NCBI RefSeq assembly: GCF_006345805.1 | Contig: NW_021825824.1 | Span: 1-14,497 of the forward strand | DNA: 14,497 bases | Origin: Octopus sinensis | Taxonomy: Eukaryota | Direction of reading: 5' to 3' | Shown: positions 9,213-14,497 of the stretch, one piece after another | Position numbering within the stretch: position 1 is the stretch's first letter | Layout: every line of letters begins with the position of its first letter | Made by a program: the position numbers and the translations under genes | Notes under the pieces: generated by a model | What the model was told of the DNA's origin: nothing | Databases searched by the model: none | Seen by the model: only the letters and a program-made list of their open reading frames with translations

Positions 9213-9393
9213 GCTGGTCAAATATCAATAACTATTCTTGTCTTAAAAACAAGAAAGGACTATAAGCGCAAATGGGTTAACTCTAAAACACATTCGAAGT
9301 AAATTAAGAAACTGTTAATATCATACATATGACCAAATGTTCGTTAGTAACACAAGTGAAATAAAGTGAATTAATTTGTCATTGAAATATACT

Positions 9394-9803
9394 GAGGTGC
9401 AAGAGTGGCTGTGTGGTAAGTAGCTTGATTACCAACCACATGATTCAGGGTTCATTCCCACTGCGTGACACATTGGGCAAGTGTCTTCTACTATAACCAC
9501 GGGCCGACCAAAGCCTTGTGAGTGGATTTGGTAGATGGAAACTGAAAGAAGCCCGTCGTATATATGTATGTATATATATGTATGTTTGTGTGTGTATCTG
9601 TGTTTGTCCCCCCCACCCAACATCGCTTGACAACCGATGGTGGTGTGTTTACGTCCCCGTAACTTAACGGTGCGGCGAAAGAGATCGATAGAATAAGTAC
9701 TAGGCTTCCAAAGAATAAGTCCTGGGGTCGATTTCCTCGATTAAAGGCGGTGCTCCAGCATGACCGCAGTCAAATGACTGAAACAAGTAAAAGAGTAAAA
9801 GAG
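9394..9803 (+). mobile_element. tRNA-derived SINE, family C (CORE-like), full length
   Basis: Head GGTGCAAGAGTGGCTGTGTGGTAAG, internal TA/TG tract, tail GAAACAAGTAAAAGAGTAAAAGAG; colinear with 6021-6425. Confidence 0.92.
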
Positions 9804-10123
9804 GAATTGTAAGTTGTGCAGTAGTGTTGATTAGTGTTGATTATACTGATGTAGTTCGGGGGACCCTTTGTTGAAGGCATTCTGACAAGGAACATCTTTT
9901 GTTTATTTATTTTGATGACGATAGGTATTGATTTTTGGGATATTCATTGCTATTTCTAGCACAAAGAGTGACGACGTAGATGCTTCCTTGTTGGGGTTGT
10001 TGTAGTCGGAATTTCTTAGTCCCGGGTCAGCTGTAACGGAGAAGGCCTATAATGAAAATATGAGCGTCTCATCTCTTTGTTCAATATCTTTCGTATTTAA
10101 ACTGATCGCGTAGTTTAAAATAG

Positions 10124-10175
10124 GTTTGACTGCTATTTCTAGCAAGCTGAGTTTGACTGCTATTTCTAGCAAGCT
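10124..10175. repeat. 25-bp perfect direct repeat, 2-nt spacer
   Basis: GTTTGACTGCTATTTCTAGCAAGCT at 10124-10148 and 10151-10175; its core TGCTATTTCTAGCA also occurs at 9948-9961. Confidence 0.93.
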
Positions 10176-10544
10176 AATGCTAGTGAGGGAGGTGTTGACG
10201 GTTGAGTTTATAACGATGATGATCAACTGGAGTCTACTTCAATACAGGACAATTTAAATATGATATGACGGGTACAAAACATTTTAATCTAGCTGTCCGC
10301 GCATGCGTATGAGTTTGAACGAAAGTGTGCGTGTATGCACAATCGTATACACAGGCACAAACACGAGCTCCTGTTGATCTTGATGTTGTAGTTTCGACCT
10401 ACGATCAAAGATAATCCAGCTTTGCTTTGATTATCCCGTCTTTTTAGGACGTTTCTCATACTATATCAGCAAAAATGTCACTCACTTTTATTACGGCAGT
10501 GTAGTATTTGCCGGAGAATCGGCGATCATTACGATGTGTCTGTG

Positions 10545-10665
10545 CATGTATGTATGACTCTATGTATGTGTGTGTCCGTGTGCGTGTATATATATATATG
10601 TATGTGTATATATGTATGTGCACGTGAGTGTGTGTTCGTGTGTGCGTACATGTATTTATGTGTAT
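10545..10665. repeat. Cryptic (TG)/(TA) microsatellite
   Basis: Direct reading. Confidence 0.9.
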
Positions 10666-10679
10666 TCCGATGAAAGTTG

Positions 10680-10800
10680 TATGGTCCAGTAACGTCAAAA
10701 AGTAACGCAACCGTTCGATGAAAAAACCAGTAAAATAACCAACAAGTAACAAACAAAACTAAGTACCGGGTCCGATATAATCGATTAAGATCGTTCAAAG
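10680..10800 (+). mobile_element. Highly diverged family C SINE 3' half
   Basis: GGTCCAGTAAC...GTTCGATGAAAAAACCAGTAAAATAACC...TAAGTACCGGGTCCGATATAATCGATTAA parallels the family C 3' half; it follows a TG/TA tract as in intact copies. Confidence 0.5.
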
Positions 10801-10825
10801 CAATAACAGTAACAGAATAAAAGAA

Positions 10826-10989
10826 TACACATGCACATGCACACGAGCACGTACGATGTGTGTACATAAATGTGTGTATAAGTGTTTCACACACACACAC
10901 ACACACACACACCTATATATATAGATATGTGTGTGTGTGTGTTTGTATATATAAGCATGCATGTATGTATATATATATATACATACACA

Positions 10990-11061
<72 letters not shown>

Positions 11062-11241
11062 TGTATGTATGTATATATGCACACACACACACACACATAT
11101 ATTTATATATATAGATATGTGTGTGTGTTTGTATATATAAGTATGCATGTATGTATGTATATATACATACACACGTACACACACACACATATATGTATGT
11201 ATGTATGTGTGTGTGTGTGTGTGTGTGTGCGTGTGTGTGTA
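10826..11241. repeat. Compound CA/TA/TG microsatellite with a higher-order duplication of about 190 bp
   Basis: ATAGATATGTGTG...TTTGTATATATAAG(C/T)ATGCATGTATG...ACATACACACGTACACAC recurs starting at 10921 and 11111. Confidence 0.9.
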
Positions 11242-11491
11242 TAAAACCCCACGCGCAAATCTCAAGCTTCTTGGAACCAGAAACAGAAGATTGACCATTT
11301 TTGGCATCATTCATGGTATCAATCATTGCAAAAAGAAAACACCATCACTTGCGTTGTCTCCCCCTCTCGAGGGTACGGGATGTGAGGAACAGGCAAAACA
11401 AGTCAAGATTCTTCGATTAATCGTGGGACTACGTTGAAAAACTCTGTCTTTTAAGAGTAATGGTGTTGATGTTGTTTGGTTGCATGTCTTT

Positions 11492-11505
11492 ATCACCATG
11501 GTAAC
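11492..11505. promoter_or_regulatory. RFX X-box-like motif
   Basis: ATCACCATGGTAAC matches the X-box consensus including the CCATGGYAAC core. Motif match only. Confidence 0.3.
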
Positions 11506-11533
11506 CCGTGACAGAAAGCACTACATTGAGAAT

Positions 11534-11541
11534 TTTGGCGC
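11534..11541 (+). promoter_or_regulatory. E2F-like motif
   Basis: TTTGGCGC matches TTTSSCGC, within TTTTGGCGCAAAA. Motif match only. Confidence 0.2.
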
Positions 11542-11619
11542 AAAATGTCATAAATGAAACTTAGTTCGTAGGCTCCTTATTCACACACACACACACACAC
11601 ACAGATTGCATATTTTACG

Positions 11620-11670
11620 GAACCCGGAACCATGCGGTTGGTAAGCAAGCTACTTACCACACAGCCACTC
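11620..11670 (-). mobile_element. Family C SINE head-only fragment
   Basis: GAACCCGGAACCATGCGGTTGGTAAGCAAGCTACTTACCACACAGCCACTC is a near-exact reverse complement of the family C 5' end. Confidence 0.88.
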
Positions 11671-12004
11671 GCTAAGCTTTCAGGGTGAAAATAAGCATGC
11701 GGAAACTGTTCGGAAGCCCGTCGGATAGACTCTACCTAATATTCAAAGAGTCTCCTTTGTTTGAGTTTTTCCTCAGAACTATGCTATGGCTATATTCAGC
11801 CTACACAATCGTTAGTAAGTACGCCGTTCCGTTGGTTGACGAACAATTGAAACACACATCGTCGACAGCGATTTCTCATTCACCACCATCTAACACACAC
11901 ACACGTATGCAGTACACTAACACATTCTTGCGAATATCGATTTCCTTTGATTAAACATCAGAACAAGGTCGGTATTACATGATCAGAATCAACACAGGTT
12001 TATT

Positions 12005-12135
12005 TCTGGGATATATTTCAACAACCTGTGCTAGATAAAAGGCACTGTTGACGCTGGTGCAATTTGAACTCACAATGACGAGACATGAAATTTATTGTAA
12101 AATATGCAATCTGTTTCCCTGCTTCTGCAAACCTT
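12005..12135 (-). mobile_element. Highly diverged family K SINE
   Basis: GATAAAAGGCAC.GTTGAC...AATTTGAACTCACAA. Confidence 0.45.
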
Positions 12136-12140
12136 AATAA

Positions 12141-12349
12141 TGGCATCAAACTTTGGCACGAGGCTGTCAATTTTAAGGAAAGGAGGTGAGTCGATTACAT
12201 CGGTTCCAATACGTGAGTAGTATTTATTTTATCGACCCCGAAAGGATTAAGGGCAAAGTTGGCCTCGGCGGTATTTGAACTGAGAGCTGTAAGAAATGCT
12301 GTTATGCATTTTGTCCGACTCGCTAACGACTCTGCCAGCTCACCGCCTT
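12141..12349 (-). mobile_element. Family K SINE, short-tail type, diverged
   Basis: TTTGGCACGAGGC...TTTTATCGACCCCGAAAGGA...CTCGGCGGTATTTGAACT...CTGCCAGCTCACCGCC. Confidence 0.87.
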
Positions 12350-12359
12350 CCCCGCTTTA

Positions 12360-12585
12360 ATGATGGTTTAAAATTTTGGTACATGGACAGCATTCTGTGG
12401 GGGAGGGGATCATCAATTATATGCCATCACCCCCAGTACGCAACTGGTACTTATTTTATCGCCTCAGAAAGGAAGAAAGGCAAAGTTAACCTCGACGGTA
12501 TTTGGACTCCGGACGTAGATAGCCGGAAGAAATGCGGCTAAGCATTTTTGTCCGACACACTAATGACTCAGCCAGCTTGCCGCTT
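12360..12585 (-). mobile_element. Family K SINE, short-tail type, diverged
   Basis: TTTTGGTACA...CCCCAGTACGCAACTGGTACTTATTTTATCG...GAAATGCGGCTAAGCATTT...GCCAGCTTGCCGC. Confidence 0.87.
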
Positions 12586-12790
12586 AACTGTAATAATTAG
12601 TGGCATCCACCACAGAAACTATGTATTTCTATATAACCAGTCAGAGGAATACTGCCCTTCTTTCCCAGCTAAAGGAAGGCAATGGGACACTTTTTGCTGT
12701 GGACTCGGCCGATAATCGGATTCGTCCTGCGATTTCAAAAGAAATGTTTTTTGCTTTGCCCAAAACCACGCATTCTGAAGAATAGGGAGT

Positions 12791-12961
12791 ATTGATTAAA
12801 TTGATTGACATCAGTACTTCATTGGTACTTATGTTATCAATCCAGAGACACTGAAAAGCCAATGAATAACTCCAGAGGGATTTGATCCCAGAACTGAGAC
12901 ATACCCAAGTGCTTTAAGGCATTTAATGTGTCGATTTACAACTTCTGTCACTAAGCGCCCT
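12791..12961 (-). mobile_element. Highly diverged family K SINE
   Basis: CAGTACTTCATTGGTACTTATGTTATC...GGATTTGATCCCAGAAC...CTAAGCGCC. Confidence 0.55.
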
Positions 12962-13039
12962 TAATAATTGCTTTCTAAGAAAAACAAATCCACGTATGTT
13001 TGTGAGTGGTACAAATAAATTGCAGCCTTTGGTCGATAC

Positions 13040-13191
13040 TTAATTAATTAATTAATCAAGTTTATTGGGAATGAAAAACACAGTTGACCTCAGCTGGATT
13101 TGAGCTCCGAACTTGAAAGGATACAATTATATACTGCAAAGTATTTAATCCGTTTCTCAACCGTTTCGGTCACTCTCTGCCCAATTGAATC
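13040..13191 (-). mobile_element. Highly diverged family K SINE
   Basis: GAATGAAAAAC.CAGTTGACCTCAGCTGGATTTGAGCTC. Confidence 0.5.
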
Positions 13192-13489
13192 TTTACAGCA
13201 ATTATAATTTTACTTTTCGTTGACATTAAGCCCAGGACCATACACATTTATAATGAAACAGAAAATGTAATTAAATCCTTTTCGTGTCTTTCTTAATGAA
13301 TTTAGCGACATATGGATAGAGAAACTGCTACTAGAAGAAATATCGAAACAGATATGGATACGTAAATAAACGTTTATAAAATTGGTGTGTGTATATATAC
13401 CAATATACATTCACTACCCCAACTCTATCTAATTTAGACTCACGCACTCACATGTAAATTTCTACCTCGTTATATACATTTTATCTTCC

Positions 13490-13522
<33 letters not shown>

Positions 13523-13532
13523 TATATATATC
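13490..13532. repeat. (TA)n microsatellite
   Basis: Direct reading. Confidence 0.95.
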
Positions 13533-13692
13533 GCTACAGTGCTTTCTATTTCCTTAGACGCCGAAATACTCCACTCTTTACAGATAGCATTAATAATATA
13601 CAGCCACTTACACGTTTTCATTCATAAATACCTGTATAGACTGTGCTAACGACACTATCTACAAATACCTTGCTCCGTATGTATATTTTCAG

Positions 13693-13695
13693 CTT

Positions 13696-13765
<70 letters not shown>
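13693..13765. repeat. (TATC)n microsatellite
   Basis: Direct reading. Confidence 0.97.
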
Positions 13766-13860
13766 CATCCTTTTTTCTTTAATTTTATTCCCCCACCTTT
13801 TTTGTCCTCTTTCTTTCCCTTTACGATCCCTTTTGATCGAAAACCAAACCCCATTTTTTT

Positions 13861-13936
13861 ACCTCCAAAAGAAAAGCTCTACCTTGTAATTTGTCCTGTC
13901 TGTGTGCAGCCCTGTGTGGCTAATAAAGAAACATAT
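13861..13936 (+). mobile_element. 76-bp GATA-embedded element (probable LINE/SINE 3' end), copy 2
   Basis: 73/76 identical to the reverse complement of 4211-4286. Preceded by a pyrimidine-rich segment (13766-13860) absent from copy 1; followed by (ATCT)n. Confidence 0.75.
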
Positions 13937-13957
13937 CTATCTATCTATCTATCTATC

Positions 13958-13994
<37 letters not shown>

Positions 13995-13995
13995 T

Positions 13996-14038
<43 letters not shown>

Positions 14039-14140
14039 ATCTATCTATCTATCTATCTGTCTATCCATCCATCCATCCGTCCGTCCGTCCGTCCGTTTGT
14101 CTGTCTCTCTGTCTGTTTATCTGTCTGTCTGTCTGTCTCC
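13937..14140. repeat. (TATC)n grading into (TCCA)n, (TCCG)n and (TCTG)n
   Basis: Direct reading. Confidence 0.95.
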
Positions 14141-14337
14141 ATGTACTGACACACTTGAGCACACCCACACACCCACACCCACACCCGTACACATGCACAG
14201 TGGTACGTTATATCTGTCCGTCGTTTTCCACTTTCGTCTCCAAGTCTTTTATTCTCATCATCCCCGCAACTTTCTCCAGACTGCTAAAGACAATACCGTA
14301 GCAGTGTAGTCAGCATTGGAACTGGCGGCTCTTCAAG

Positions 14338-14433
14338 CTCTCTCTCTCTCTCTCTCTGTGCATGTGCGTGTATGCATGTGGCGCTATGTACGTGTTTTTG
14401 TACCTGTGTACTTGTGTGTGTGTGTGTGTGTGT
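14338..14433. repeat. (CT)n then cryptic (TG)n microsatellite
   Basis: Direct reading. Confidence 0.88.
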
Positions 14434-14497
14434 TAGAGAAATGCTTCTTCTTGTTATGTTGGAACGGAGACGGCCGACCATAAACGAATCTATTTAC

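Noticed and set aside
6004-9633. Paralogous-looking ORF pairs (6004/6045 and 9429/9445, minus strand)
   Set aside because: The similarity arises because both are antisense readings of family C SINE copies.
10456-11437. Many overlapping ORFs up to 171 aa
   Set aside because: CA/TA/TG repeat translations. The non-repetitive ends (e.g. MNDAKNGQSSVSGSKKLEICAWG) have no convincing donor site or recognisable domain.

Overview
Eukaryotic, AT-rich, essentially non-coding DNA (intronic or intergenic), made almost entirely of microsatellites and short retroelements. The repeat families match what I recall of Octopus (coleoid cephalopod) tRNA-derived SINEs; this is recognition, not a database result. 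No protein-coding gene can be supported, and nearly all listed ORFs are microsatellite or antisense-SINE artefacts. Three SINE families are present: family K (hairpin-head, about 18 units), family C (CORE-like, with an internal microsatellite) and one copy of a third tRNA-SINE. Main points of interest: (1) family K forms TSD-flanked head-to-tail multimers of a fixed 184-bp unit joined at one invariant junction, mixing sub-types; (2) a triplicated target site; (3) a degenerate minimal hammerhead-ribozyme motif at 200-234 (-); (4) a perfect 37-bp-stem hairpin with nested hairpins at 357-437; (5) a hairpin-loop micro-inversion; (6) a double stem-loop module shared by two SINE families, and a 3' tail shared with a GATA-embedded element. 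Element boundaries are approximate unless a TSD or junction is quoted.
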